This document shows positions 9,181-18,977 of a stretch of DNA of 64,000 nucleotides, piece by piece. The notes beneath the pieces are model-generated. The model ran no database searches and was not told the origin of the DNA. It saw only the letters and a list, made by a program, of their open reading frames with translations. Numbering within the stretch: the first letter of the stretch is position 1; each line of letters begins with the position of its first letter. The translations under genes and the position numbers were made by a program. This stretch comes from Flavobacteriales bacterium UBA2104 (GTDB taxonomy: Bacteria > Bacteroidota > Bacteroidia > Flavobacteriales_D > Crocinitomicaceae): the NCBI GenBank assembly GCA_002331485.1, contig DCYS01000037.1, forward strand, positions 9,171-73,170. Reading direction: 5' to 3'.

Positions 9181-11664
9181 TCACATCGGATCAACATCAA
9201 TAATCAACCGAACTGGCTTATTAACGGAGCCTTCATAAAATTGATCAATCACTTTTTTGATGTGTTGCTTTACATTCTTTTGGGATGCCTTGCGTTCAAT
9301 TTTTAATCGGATGACTTTGAGGTATTGATTTTGAACACGTTTAACGATGGGGAATTCTGGGCCCAACACACGACTTCCAAATACTTTCTTCAATCGGTCC
9401 GCTAGCTCATCTGCGCTACTCTCTACCTGTTCAGGCTTTCTATGTTTCAAGGTGAACTTGATGATCTTATAAAAAGGAGGATAAAAGTAATTCTCTCGTT
9501 CGATCAACTCTTGTTTATACATCCCTTCATAATCATGGTCTATGACATGCCTGATAATCCAATGATCAGGATCATAGGTTTGAATAACAACACGACCACG
9601 TTTAGATTTTCTTCCAGCTCTACCTGCTACCTGGGACATCAGTTGATAACTGCGTTCAAATGATCTGAAATCAGGACGATTAAGCATCATATCAGCATCA
9701 AGTACACCAACAAGTGATACATTATCAAAGTCTAATCCTTTGGTCACCATTTGAGTCCCTACAAGAATATCTATTTTCCGTTGTTCGAAGTCACTCAAGA
9801 TCTGCTCATAACTATTCTTCTTACGCGTTGTATCGAGATCAAGGCGTTGTACTCTCACCCCAGGAAGTACGATCGAAAGTTCATCTTCTATTTTCTCCGT
9901 ACCAAAACCGATCATTTTTAATCGATTACTCTGACACTTCGGACATGCACCCACAGGTGGAGTGAAGTAACTGCAGTAATGACACTTTAAAATATTTGTC
10001 TGTTTGTGATAAGTTAGTGAAACATCGCAGTTTTTACACTGAGGATTCCATCCACAAACTTCACAAGCCCAAACCGGATTATACCCCCTCCTATTTTGAA
10101 AGAGAATTACTTGTTCATCATTATCCAAAGACTCCTTTATGTGTTCTATCAGAAAGCTTGAAAAGTCTGATTGCATCGTACGTTCTTTCTTCTCTTTTCG
10201 AATATTCGCTGTAAAGATCTCAGGTAATTGAATGTTTCCAAATCTCTTCTTCAATTGGACAAATCCGTATTTACCTTCCTGAGCATTAAAGAATGTTTCC
10301 ATTGCAGGAGTTGCTGAACCTAGGAGAACTTTTGCATCGTGAAAGGCTCTTAATACAATTGCTGTATCACGAGCATTATATCTAGGACTGGGATCATATT
10401 GTTTAAAAGAACTTTCATGTTCTTCATCCACTATTATCAATCCTAAATTTTTAAAAGGCAGAAAAACAGCACTTCTCGCTCCTAAGATGATTTGAAATTT
10501 CTCACCGGTTCCCTTCAACAGCTCGTTCCAGATTTCAACCCTTTCATTCTGATTAAATCGTGAATGATAAACCCCTATCTTCTCACCAAAGTATTTTGAT
10601 AAACGGTTGATCAATTGAGTTGTTAACGCAATCTCTGGCAATAAGAATAAAACTTGTTTGCCTTTATCGATCTGCTCCTGAATAAGCTCAACATAGATCT
10701 CTGTTTTTCCGGAACCAGTTACACCATGCAAGAGTGTAACATCTTTATTTTCGAATGAATGTTTTATTTGCGATAATGCACTTTCTTGTTCCTCGGATAA
10801 TGACTTGAAAGACTCTGTATCATTTCCTTCATCCGACAGGCGAGAAACTTTCAACCACTCTGTTACTAAAACACCATTCTTCTCCAATGTATTGATAGAC
10901 GAAATTGAAGCACCATTATCTTCTAATTCTTTTCTCAATATTGGCTTGGTCTCACCATTTTTCAATCCTCCTAACTGAATCAACTTCAATAATGCATCTA
11001 CCTGACTCTTTTTCTTCTTTTGATCAGAGTAATCATTTAATAAAACTTCCAAAGCATCATCATTGCTGTACTCTGCTGCCAGCGATACAAAAAGCTTCGT
11101 TTTTGGAGTGTACTTGTGCTTTAATTCCTCTTGCGTAATGATCACTCGTTTATCGATCATTGCTTTAATGATCGGCTGAACATTCTTTACCTCAAGAATA
11201 TCGGCAATTTCTTTTAGATCTAGTTCTTGCTGTATTTCAAGCGCTTCAAAAACTTGATATTCTCTATCCGTAAGATGCTCCTGATTAACTTCGTGCTCAG
11301 GGTGTAAAAAAACCTTTGTTTCACTACCTAGTTTAAAGTTCCCAGGTAATGCTGCATTCATAACATCCCCCAACGGAGCCATGTAATAATCTGAAACCCA
11401 TTTCCACAATTTAAATTGTTTCCCAACAATTATCGGTTCCTCATCCAAGATCGCACTAATATACTTTGACTGATATGCAGTAGGAACCTCTTCGTGTATT
11501 CGAACAATCAACCCGGTCTGAAGCTTTCCTCTTCCAAAAGGTACAACAACACGCACTCCTTTCTTTAGCTCATTATTCATTTCAAAAGGCACACGATACG
11601 TAAAGGTATTATGAATAGGTACTGGTAATAGTACATCAACAAAATATGTCTTCCTCTCCTCCAC
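9181..11664 (-). CDS. priA: Primosomal protein N' (replication restart helicase)
   Basis: LLHGVTGSGKTE, DEEHE, SATP, QNRRGY, two Zn-binding CxxC pairs (CEVC...CKNC, CHYC...CPKC) and QVAGRAGR; GTG start. Confidence 0.96.
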   Translation of the reverse strand: MEERKTYFVDVLLPVPIHNTFTYRVPFEMNNELKKGVRVVVPFGRGKLQTGLIVRIHEEVPTAYQSKYISAILDEEPIIVGKQFKLWKWVSDYYMAPLGDVMNAALPGNFKLGSETKVFLHPEHEVNQEHLTDREYQVFEALEIQQELDLKEIADILEVKNVQPIIKAMIDKRVIITQEELKHKYTPKTKLFVSLAAEYSNDDALEVLLNDYSDQKKKKSQVDALLKLIQLGGLKNGETKPILRKELEDNGASISSINTLEKNGVLVTEWLKVSRLSDEGNDTESFKSLSEEQESALSQIKHSFENKDVTLLHGVTGSGKTEIYVELIQEQIDKGKQVLFLLPEIALTTQLINRLSKYFGEKIGVYHSRFNQNERVEIWNELLKGTGEKFQIILGARSAVFLPFKNLGLIIVDEEHESSFKQYDPSPRYNARDTAIVLRAFHDAKVLLGSATPAMETFFNAQEGKYGFVQLKKRFGNIQLPEIFTANIRKEKKERTMQSDFSSFLIEHIKESLDNDEQVILFQNRRGYNPVWACEVCGWNPQCKNCDVSLTYHKQTNILKCHYCSYFTPPVGACPKCQSNRLKMIGFGTEKIEDELSIVLPGVRVQRLDLDTTRKKNSYEQILSDFEQRKIDILVGTQMVTKGLDFDNVSLVGVLDADMMLNRPDFRSFERSYQLMSQVAGRAGRKSKRGRVVIQTYDPDHWIIRHVIDHDYEGMYKQELIERENYFYPPFYKIIKFTLKHRKPEQVESSADELADRLKKVFGSRVLGPEFPIVKRVQNQYLKVIRLKIERKASQKNVKQHIKKVIDQFYEGSVNKPVRLIIDVDPM

Positions 11665-11800
11665 ATTTCAAATGTAGTGAAAGACGTCTGAATACTGCTT
11701 TATTCGCTCCAATAATTCATCTTGTTACTCATTTTTAATTTACAACTATACTTTAGAAAATGCATCTCAAATGACAATTCTATGACGAAAAACTAAAAAC

Positions 11801-11834
11801 TGACAATTGTCATATTTCACTTTGACCCGAGTCA
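11801..11834 (+). promoter_or_regulatory. Two TGAC-N4-GTCA (FNR/CRP-like) boxes upstream of the cbb3 operon
   Basis: TGACAATTGTCA at 11801-11812 and TGACCCGAGTCA at 11823-11834, spaced 22 bp apart. Confidence 0.55.
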
Positions 11835-11869
11835 TATTTATTTCTTCTGCCTGTACATTCCTTTGCAGT

Positions 11870-12037
11870 ATGGGAATTATATACATAATGTTAGTCGTGA
11901 GTCTCTTGTTAGCGCTCTTCTTTTTGTTCTCGTTCATATGGGCGAATAATACAGGACAATACGAGGATGATGTAACACCAGGAATTCGGATTCTCTACGA
12001 CGATGAAGAAGTAAAAGAAAAATCAAATCAGAAATAA
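11870..12037 (+). CDS. ccoS: cbb3-type cytochrome oxidase maturation protein CcoS
   Basis: MGIIYIMLVVSLLLALFFLFSFIWANNTGQYEDDVTPGIRILYDD. The ATG at 11870 is in frame within the 11807 ORF; TAATG overlap with ccoN. Confidence 0.9.
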   Translation: MGIIYIMLVVSLLLALFFLFSFIWANNTGQYEDDVTPGIRILYDDEEVKEKSNQK

Positions 12038-14232
12038 TGGAAGTAACGCGTGTTAATTATGACAACAAGATCGTTAAGTACTTTGCTTATGCAACGATCA
12101 TTTGGGGAGCAATAGGTATGCTCGTAGGGTTGATCGTAGCCCTTCAGCTTGCAGCCCCCGATTTTTTCAACGACTATTTAGGATTTAAATATCTTTCCTT
12201 TGGTCGGATCAGACCTTTGCACACAAATGCAGTGATTTTTGCATTTGTAGGTAACGGTATTTTTACAGGAGTTTATTATTCTATGCAGCGTTTATTAAAA
12301 ACGCGAATGTGGAGTGATAAATTAAGTTACATCAACTTTTGGGGTTGGCAATTGATCATCCTATCCGCTGTTCTTACACTTCCTTTTGGAATTACAACAA
12401 GTAAAGAATACGCAGAGTTAGAATGGCCGATCGATATCGCTATAACCTTATTATGGGTTGTTTTTGGATGGAACATGTTCGCAACCGTACTTAATCGCCG
12501 TGTTAAACATATTTATACTGCGATCTGGTTTTACATTGCAACGTTTGTAACTGTAGCAGTACTGCATATTTTCAACTCTTTTGAGCTACCTGTGACTTTC
12601 TTAAAAAGTTACTCTTGGTACGCAGGGGTACAAGATGCTTTAGTACAATGGTGGTACGGTCACAATGCTGTAGCATTCTTCTTGACCACACCGTATTTAG
12701 GTCTGATGTATTACTTCGTACCTAAAGCAGCCAATCGACCGATATACTCATATAAACTATCTATTATTCACTTCTGGGCACTCATATTCATCTATATATG
12801 GGCTGGTCCTCATCACTTACTTTATACTAGTTTACCTGACTGGGCTCAGTCTTTAGGTGTAGTTTTCTCGATCATGTTGATCGCACCTTCGTGGGGTGGT
12901 ATGTTAAATGGACTTCTCACACTAAGGGGAGCCTGGGATAAAGTAAGAGATAGTGTAGTTCTAAAATTCATGGTGGTTGCTTTAACAGCTTACGGTATGG
13001 CAACATTTGAAGGACCAATGCTTTCGTTGAAGAACGTTAACTCGATTTCTCACTTCACTGACTGGACAATTGCTCACGTTCATATTGGTGGTCTCGGTTG
13101 GAATGGTATGCTAACCTTTGGAATGCTTTACTTCTTATTCCCAAAACTATTCAAACGTGAATTGTACTCGAAGAAACTAGCAAATGCGCATTTCTGGATC
13201 GCAACATTAGGTATTTTACTTTGGGCTATACCAATGTACTGGGCTGGATTTAGTCAGGGATTGATGTGGCAAGAATTCAACCCAGACGGAACATTGGCTC
13301 ATCCAGAATTCCTGGAAACTGTAAATGCACTGGCACCATTCTACGTGATGCGAGCGTTTGGTGGGGCAATTTATATAGTTGGTGTTGTTATGATGGGATA
13401 TAACCTTTTCAAAACGGCTAAACTTGGTAATTTCTCTAACGATGAAGTTGTTGAGGTAACATCAACTCGCGATAAAAAGATCAATACAAAAGGAGAATTC
13501 TGGCATAGACCAATTGAGCGTAAGCCTGTTCGTTTGATGATCTTTAGTTTGATCGTGATCCTGATCGGTGGTGCTGTTGAGATCATTCCTACATTGACAG
13601 TTGAATCCAATATCAAATCAATTGCTCAGGTTAAACCACTGAAACCTCTGGAGCTCGAAGGTAGAGACCTTTACATACGTGAAGGTTGTAATAACTGTCA
13701 CTCACAAATGATCAGACCACTACGTTTCGAAACAGAGCGATATGGAGAATACTCTAAAGCTGGTGAATTTGTTTACGATCATCCATTCTTATGGGGTTCT
13801 AAACGAACAGGACCAGACCTTGCGAGAGAAGGTGGATTGAGAAACGACTCTTGGCACTATGGTCACTTGATCATACCGAAAGAGTGGTCTCCTGGTTCGA
13901 TAATGCCTGCTTATCCGTGGTTGGCTGAAGAGGAGCTAAATACAGAAGATCTTACTAAGAAAATCGCTGTAATGAGAAAACTAGGAGTTCCTTATCCGGA
14001 AGGATATGAGGATCAAGCTCAGGCAGATCTTGATAAACAAGCTACAGAAATAGCGACTCGCATTGTCAATGATCTGAAAAAGGAAAACAGTTCTGTGAAG
14101 GTTGAAGATGTGGCAGGAAAAGAGATCATTGCTTTGATCGCTTATCTGCAGCGATTAGGAACAGATATTAAAGCTGCGCCTGAATCAGATGACACTGAAG
14201 ATGCTGAAGTTAAAATGACCGAAAAATATTAA
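12037..14232 (+). CDS. ccoN: cbb3-type cytochrome c oxidase fused subunits I/II (CcoN-CcoO)
   Basis: RPLHTNAVIFAF, WWYGHNAVAF, WAGPHHL, AHVH; the CcoO part has EGCNNCHSQMIRP and LWGSKRTGPDL. Confidence 0.97.
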   Translation: MEVTRVNYDNKIVKYFAYATIIWGAIGMLVGLIVALQLAAPDFFNDYLGFKYLSFGRIRPLHTNAVIFAFVGNGIFTGVYYSMQRLLKTRMWSDKLSYINFWGWQLIILSAVLTLPFGITTSKEYAELEWPIDIAITLLWVVFGWNMFATVLNRRVKHIYTAIWFYIATFVTVAVLHIFNSFELPVTFLKSYSWYAGVQDALVQWWYGHNAVAFFLTTPYLGLMYYFVPKAANRPIYSYKLSIIHFWALIFIYIWAGPHHLLYTSLPDWAQSLGVVFSIMLIAPSWGGMLNGLLTLRGAWDKVRDSVVLKFMVVALTAYGMATFEGPMLSLKNVNSISHFTDWTIAHVHIGGLGWNGMLTFGMLYFLFPKLFKRELYSKKLANAHFWIATLGILLWAIPMYWAGFSQGLMWQEFNPDGTLAHPEFLETVNALAPFYVMRAFGGAIYIVGVVMMGYNLFKTAKLGNFSNDEVVEVTSTRDKKINTKGEFWHRPIERKPVRLMIFSLIVILIGGAVEIIPTLTVESNIKSIAQVKPLKPLELEGRDLYIREGCNNCHSQMIRPLRFETERYGEYSKAGEFVYDHPFLWGSKRTGPDLAREGGLRNDSWHYGHLIIPKEWSPGSIMPAYPWLAEEELNTEDLTKKIAVMRKLGVPYPEGYEDQAQADLDKQATEIATRIVNDLKKENSSVKVEDVAGKEIIALIAYLQRLGTDIKAAPESDDTEDAEVKMTEKY

Positions 14233-14236
14233 GACA

Positions 14237-14446
14237 ATGCTTAGATATATAAAACATAACATGGCTGAGATCGCAGGTATAGAAATATACCCAATTATCT
14301 CACTGCTCATCTTCGTACTGTTCTTCACGATCGTGATCTGGCGAACTATGCGAATCAGCAAGAAGGAAACAGCTCAATTCAGCAATATCCCGTTGGATGA
14401 GGATGAAAAATACTTAGGTAATAACGATCATAATAAGAAATCATGA
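14237..14446 (+). CDS. ccoQ: cbb3-type oxidase subunit CcoQ/FixQ
   Basis: A 69-aa single-TM protein (EIYPIISLLIFVLFF...IPLDE) between ccoNO and ccoP. Confidence 0.85.
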   Translation: MLRYIKHNMAEIAGIEIYPIISLLIFVLFFTIVIWRTMRISKKETAQFSNIPLDEDEKYLGNNDHNKKS

Positions 14447-15936
14447 TACAATTAAAGAAAATAACATTCGCATTTCTGATGGTTGTGTTCGGATCAACAC
14501 TATCACACCGGACAAATGCTCAGGACGGAGAAGCTCTGTTCAATTCTAAATGTAGTGCGTGTCACATCCTTGGATCTGATGGTACTGGTCCGAATCTTCA
14601 AGGTGTGAAATCCAGATGGGAAGGTGAAGAAGACTACCTCTATGAATGGGTACTCAATGCACCAAAAGTAATTGCTCAAGGCGAGAGTCAAAGAGCTCAG
14701 GCAGTCAAAGATTACAGTCCAACTGTGATGCCTGTTCAGAACGTAACTAAAGACGAAGCTAAAGCAATAATAGATTTTGCGGATAGCTGGGTAAAACCAG
14801 AAGGTCCAACAGAAGGCCCAGAGGTTACTGAAGTTATAACTGTTCCTGATTATAAAAAGAATCTCTCCATCTTCTATGGGTTGATTCTGGCAATCGCGGC
14901 AATTTCAATCGCGATTCTGATCATATCGAAGAGTACAGCTGCTCTGATAAAATCAGATCTTTTCAAACAGAAAATTGCTGAACAACATCAGGACAAAGGA
15001 AATGGAGGGTTAAAAGCTCTTCTTTTACTGGTCGGATTTTCCTTCTTATCGGGAACAGCAAGTGCACTAAGTTTTGATCCACCTGCAATGGCGGAAGACA
15101 TCAATATTTGGGTATATATTGAAAAATCGGATTTGTATGTCTTGCTGATCATCACACTACTCTTACTTGGATTCTTGATGCACATAATCAATATGTTCTT
15201 CAAGGTGCTTAGAATTATCAAGCCAAAACCTAAAAAGTCTGCAGAAGAGGCTGCTCAAAGTAGCTTTACAAGAGTATTGACGGGTGCTGTACCTGTTGAG
15301 GAAGAAGATAAGATCGATCTAGGTCACGACTATGATGGTATACGGGAGCTTGATAACCCAATGCCACCATGGTGGTTAGCAGGATTCTTTGTATCCATCG
15401 TTTTTGCCGTTATCTATATGTTCCACTATCACATCTTAGGTACGGGAGACCTACAGTATACCGCTTATGAAAAGAACATGGAGCAAGCTCAAAAAGAGAT
15501 CATGGAATATCGAGAAAAGATGGCTATGAACGTAGATGAAACAAATGCCACATTGATGGTAGACAATTCAGACCTTATGAATGGTAAGGCTCTATTCATG
15601 AATAACTGTACAGTTTGTCATACCGAAAATGGTGGTGGTTCTACAGGACCTAACTTGACAGATAATTACTGGCTCTACGGTAACGACATTAAGTCTGTAT
15701 TTAAAACGATAAAGTACGGTAACTCTAATGGTATGCCACAACATGAATCTAAAATGAACCCTGTGGAACTGCAACAGGTAGCTTCTTATGTTTTGAGTCT
15801 AGAATACGTTAGTGTCGAAGATGGCGGTAAAGAGCCTCAAGGAGAGTTGATAGATAATGAAGAATCAACAGGTATTGATACAGATCCAGCAGTTGAAAAT
15901 GACACAACGAACGTATCAAATGATACACTAAAATAA
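14443..15936 (+). CDS. ccoP: cbb3-type oxidase subunit III (CcoP) with an additional N-terminal cytochrome c domain
   Basis: CcoP N-terminal signature GHDYDGIRELDNPMPPWW; heme motif CTVCH (15607-15621) followed by GPNLTDNYW. There is an extra signal peptide plus a CSACH domain (14551-14565). Confidence 0.9.
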   Translation: MIQLKKITFAFLMVVFGSTLSHRTNAQDGEALFNSKCSACHILGSDGTGPNLQGVKSRWEGEEDYLYEWVLNAPKVIAQGESQRAQAVKDYSPTVMPVQNVTKDEAKAIIDFADSWVKPEGPTEGPEVTEVITVPDYKKNLSIFYGLILAIAAISIAILIISKSTAALIKSDLFKQKIAEQHQDKGNGGLKALLLLVGFSFLSGTASALSFDPPAMAEDINIWVYIEKSDLYVLLIITLLLLGFLMHIINMFFKVLRIIKPKPKKSAEEAAQSSFTRVLTGAVPVEEEDKIDLGHDYDGIRELDNPMPPWWLAGFFVSIVFAVIYMFHYHILGTGDLQYTAYEKNMEQAQKEIMEYREKMAMNVDETNATLMVDNSDLMNGKALFMNNCTVCHTENGGGSTGPNLTDNYWLYGNDIKSVFKTIKYGNSNGMPQHESKMNPVELQQVASYVLSLEYVSVEDGGKEPQGELIDNEESTGIDTDPAVENDTTNVSNDTLK

Positions 15937-15979
15937 TGTTTGAGTTGCTTACTTTATAAGTAGGTTTAAACATAGTTAT

Positions 15980-17389
15980 ATGAAAGAGCAGGAGGAGAAT
16001 AATGAGGAGTTCAGAGATCATTTATCAACGATAGATGAGTCAGGAAAGAGAGTTTGGGTTTATCCAAAAAAACCTAAAGGACCTTATCATAGAAAAAGAG
16101 TTCTTCTTTCGGTTTTCCTTCTGGCCTTTCTTTTTGGGGCACCTCATATAATGATCGATGGTGAGCCGTTAATACTCCTAGGTATTCTTGAACGTAAATT
16201 TGTATTCTTTGGTCAAGTTTTCTGGCCCCAGGACTTATACATTTTCGCCTTCACCATGATACTGGTTATCGTATTCATTGTTCTGTTCACAGTTGTATTT
16301 GGAAGGATCTTCTGTGGATGGGTCTGTCCTCAAACGATCTTTATGGAAATGGTATTCAGAAAGATCGAGTATTGGATCGAAGGAGATTGGACGCACCAGA
16401 AAAAATTAAATAAACAACCCTGGAATCGAGAGAAGATCCTAAAAAAGGGAGCGAAACACGCTATTTTTCTTCTTATCTCATTTTTGATCGGAAATACATT
16501 TTTAGCCTATATAATTGGTTCTGAAGAATTGTGGAAGATCCAAACTGAACCAATCTCTGCTCACGTTGGAGGATTCATTGCAATGATCATTTTCTCTCTT
16601 TTATTTTATGGAGTGTTTTCATTCCTCAGAGAGCAAGTATGTACAACAATTTGTCCTTATGGTAGATTACAGGGAGTACTGCTCGATAAGAATTCAGTTG
16701 TTGTTGCCTACGATCATAAGAGAGGCGAAGAACGTGGTAAGCTAAAGAAGAATGAAGATCGAGCAGCACAAGGTAAAGGTGACTGTATCGATTGTCATCA
16801 ATGCGTTAATGTTTGTCCAACCGGGATTGACATCAGAAATGGTACACAATTAGAGTGTGTAAATTGTACAGCGTGTATAGACGCTTGTGACAGCATTATG
16901 GAAGGTATCAATAAGCCTAAAGGTTTGATACGTTATGCTTCCGAGGCGAATATTGAAGGAGGCAAAAAATTCAAGTGGACAGGAAGAATGTCGGCTTACA
17001 CTGCCCTACTCCTTCTACTAATCGCTATTTGGGGATTACTAATCGGTTCAAGAACAAACTTCCAGGCTGAGGTAACGAAAAGAAGAGGTTCCACTTACCA
17101 AACGCTTCCTAATGGAAACTACAGCAATATATACGAATTGAACTTGACGAATAAAACAAAGGACACTTTTGAAGTTACATTGAAATTGGAGGAAGGTGTT
17201 GAAGGAAGTATTGAAATGACCAATGAAACGTTTACTCTCCTTCCTGAACAACAAACGAAAGAAAACTTTATAATTAAGTTGGCACCAAAAGAATTAAAAC
17301 ATGGTCAGCGTAGGGTTGACTTGATAATATTCGGGGATGGAGATAAAATTCAAACAGTAGAAACAAGTTTTGTTGGACCGTTATTATAA
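15980..17389 (+). CDS. ccoG: Cytochrome c oxidase accessory protein CcoG (4Fe-4S)
   Basis: GRIFCGWVCPQTIF, CTTICPYGRLQ, CIDCHQCVNVCPTGIDIR and CVNCTACIDAC. Confidence 0.96.
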   Translation: MKEQEENNEEFRDHLSTIDESGKRVWVYPKKPKGPYHRKRVLLSVFLLAFLFGAPHIMIDGEPLILLGILERKFVFFGQVFWPQDLYIFAFTMILVIVFIVLFTVVFGRIFCGWVCPQTIFMEMVFRKIEYWIEGDWTHQKKLNKQPWNREKILKKGAKHAIFLLISFLIGNTFLAYIIGSEELWKIQTEPISAHVGGFIAMIIFSLLFYGVFSFLREQVCTTICPYGRLQGVLLDKNSVVVAYDHKRGEERGKLKKNEDRAAQGKGDCIDCHQCVNVCPTGIDIRNGTQLECVNCTACIDACDSIMEGINKPKGLIRYASEANIEGGKKFKWTGRMSAYTALLLLLIAIWGLLIGSRTNFQAEVTKRRGSTYQTLPNGNYSNIYELNLTNKTKDTFEVTLKLEEGVEGSIEMTNETFTLLPEQQTKENFIIKLAPKELKHGQRRVDLIIFGDGDKIQTVETSFVGPLL

Positions 17390-17400
17390 ATAATTAAGAT

Positions 17401-17820
17401 ATGAACTGGGGAAAAGGAATAGCATTAACGTTGATCGCATTTATTGCCTTTATTGTCACTCTTGGAGTCAAAATGATGAGGGCGGACGCTGACTTAGTCA
17501 GTGAAGACTACTATATCAAAGAGGTAAAATATGGTAATGAGATAACAGCTCAGGAAAATGCAAGATCAGCTCAGGTAAAATTAACAAAAGACGTTAGCAA
17601 CGATGGAGTCATGTTCTCAATTGATCAAGCAACGATAGCATCAGGCAAGCTCAAGCTAATAAGATCAAATGACCCTGGAATGGATGTGAATGTTGATCTT
17701 AAAGGGAAGAATGTGTTCATCGATCAAGAGAAACTAAGTTCAGGAAAGTACGATGTTGTAATCGATTGGAATGACAAAAACAAATCGTATCAAGTAAGAG
17801 ATGTTCTATGGATTCCTTAA
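17401..17820 (+). CDS. ccoH: FixH/CcoH family protein
   Basis: MNWGKGIALTLIAFIAFI...DLVSEDYYIKE; located after ccoG. Confidence 0.85.
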   Translation: MNWGKGIALTLIAFIAFIVTLGVKMMRADADLVSEDYYIKEVKYGNEITAQENARSAQVKLTKDVSNDGVMFSIDQATIASGKLKLIRSNDPGMDVNVDLKGKNVFIDQEKLSSGKYDVVIDWNDKNKSYQVRDVLWIP

Positions 17821-18599
17821 TTCAAATCATATTGATAGGTGGGTTGCTAGGACTTGTTTCGAATTTACACTGTATTGGCATGTGTGGTCCAATTGCCATG
17901 GCCCTGCCCCTAAACAGATCGAGTAAGCTGAAAGTTGTTGGGGGAATTTCGATCTATACGATCGGAAGAAGCCTTGGGTATGCAGGACTTGGGTTGATCG
18001 TTGGGCTCATTGGGTTAAGCGCCAATCTTTTAGGTGTACTGCAATGGCTAAGTATATTTACAGGTGTATTCATATTGATCTATGCATGGACAGGATATAT
18101 CAGTGGAAAAAACAGCAATCTATTCATCAACAAACTTTTGATGAAGACAATGGGTAGATTGATGAAACGATCAAAAAATCGAAGTAACCTAAAATTATTG
18201 AGCATTGGATTTCTCAATGCCTTCTTACCATGTGGAATGGTATATGTTGCTCTTTTAGGAGCTATGAACACAGGAGGGATTCAAGGATCAATTATTTACA
18301 TGATCGCTTTCGGGATAGGTACCTTACCTGGATTTATTTTCTTGGGTGTCTTAAAGGATCAATTAAAGAAAATTAGTCTATTTCGTAAAAAAACGGTACT
18401 GGCCACTCTAATATCAGTCGTTGGAATTTTCATGATCTTGAGAGGACTTAATCTGGGAATTCCTTATATCAGTCCAAAAGTAGAAATGATGGTTTCAAAA
18501 AACCAACCTGAAAGCTCTAATACCGAGAAAGCTAAGGAGATAACGATAGAAGCTGAACTGTCGTGTTGTTCCAATTCAAAAGACGAATGTGAGAAATAA
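17808..18599 (+). CDS. Sulfite exporter TauE/SafE / DsbD_2-family membrane protein (cco accessory)
   Basis: HCIGMCGPIA, NAFLPCGMVY, MIAFGIGTLP and ILRGLNLGIPYISP. Confidence 0.85.
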   Translation: MDSLIQIILIGGLLGLVSNLHCIGMCGPIAMALPLNRSSKLKVVGGISIYTIGRSLGYAGLGLIVGLIGLSANLLGVLQWLSIFTGVFILIYAWTGYISGKNSNLFINKLLMKTMGRLMKRSKNRSNLKLLSIGFLNAFLPCGMVYVALLGAMNTGGIQGSIIYMIAFGIGTLPGFIFLGVLKDQLKKISLFRKKTVLATLISVVGIFMILRGLNLGIPYISPKVEMMVSKNQPESSNTEKAKEITIEAELSCCSNSKDECEK

Positions 18600-18659
18600 T
18601 AGTACAAGTGGTTTACGAACGGAACTAATTTGTACTATTTTTGAAAAAAAAACATTATC

Positions 18660-18968
18660 ATGGAAAATCTATCTCAAGAAGATTGGAAACAAAAACTTTC
18701 GTCTACTGATGATGCAATTATTCTGGATGTCCGAACTCCTCAGGAATGGGCAGAAGGGATCATACCAGGGGCAGAAAAACTCGACTTTCTTGACTCATCG
18801 AATTTCATGAATGAGATAAAAGAAATGGACAAAGACAAAAACTATTTTGTCTATTGCCGCAGTGGAAACAGAAGTGGTCAAGCTTGCCAGATCATGGATC
18901 AACTTGGATTCAAAGGAGCATTCAACCTTATCGGCGGAATGATGGAGTGGCAAGGTGAAACTGAATAA
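18660..18968 (+). CDS. Rhodanese-like domain protein (cytoplasmic)
   Basis: ILDVRTPQEW, YCRSGNRSGQAC and NLIGGMMEW. Confidence 0.9.
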   Translation: MENLSQEDWKQKLSSTDDAIILDVRTPQEWAEGIIPGAEKLDFLDSSNFMNEIKEMDKDKNYFVYCRSGNRSGQACQIMDQLGFKGAFNLIGGMMEWQGETE

Positions 18969-18977
18969 ATCACCAAC

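Noticed and set aside
11807-11869. N-terminal extension of ccoS from TTG 11807
   Set aside because: It overlaps the operator and promoter elements; CcoS homology begins at MGIIY (11870).
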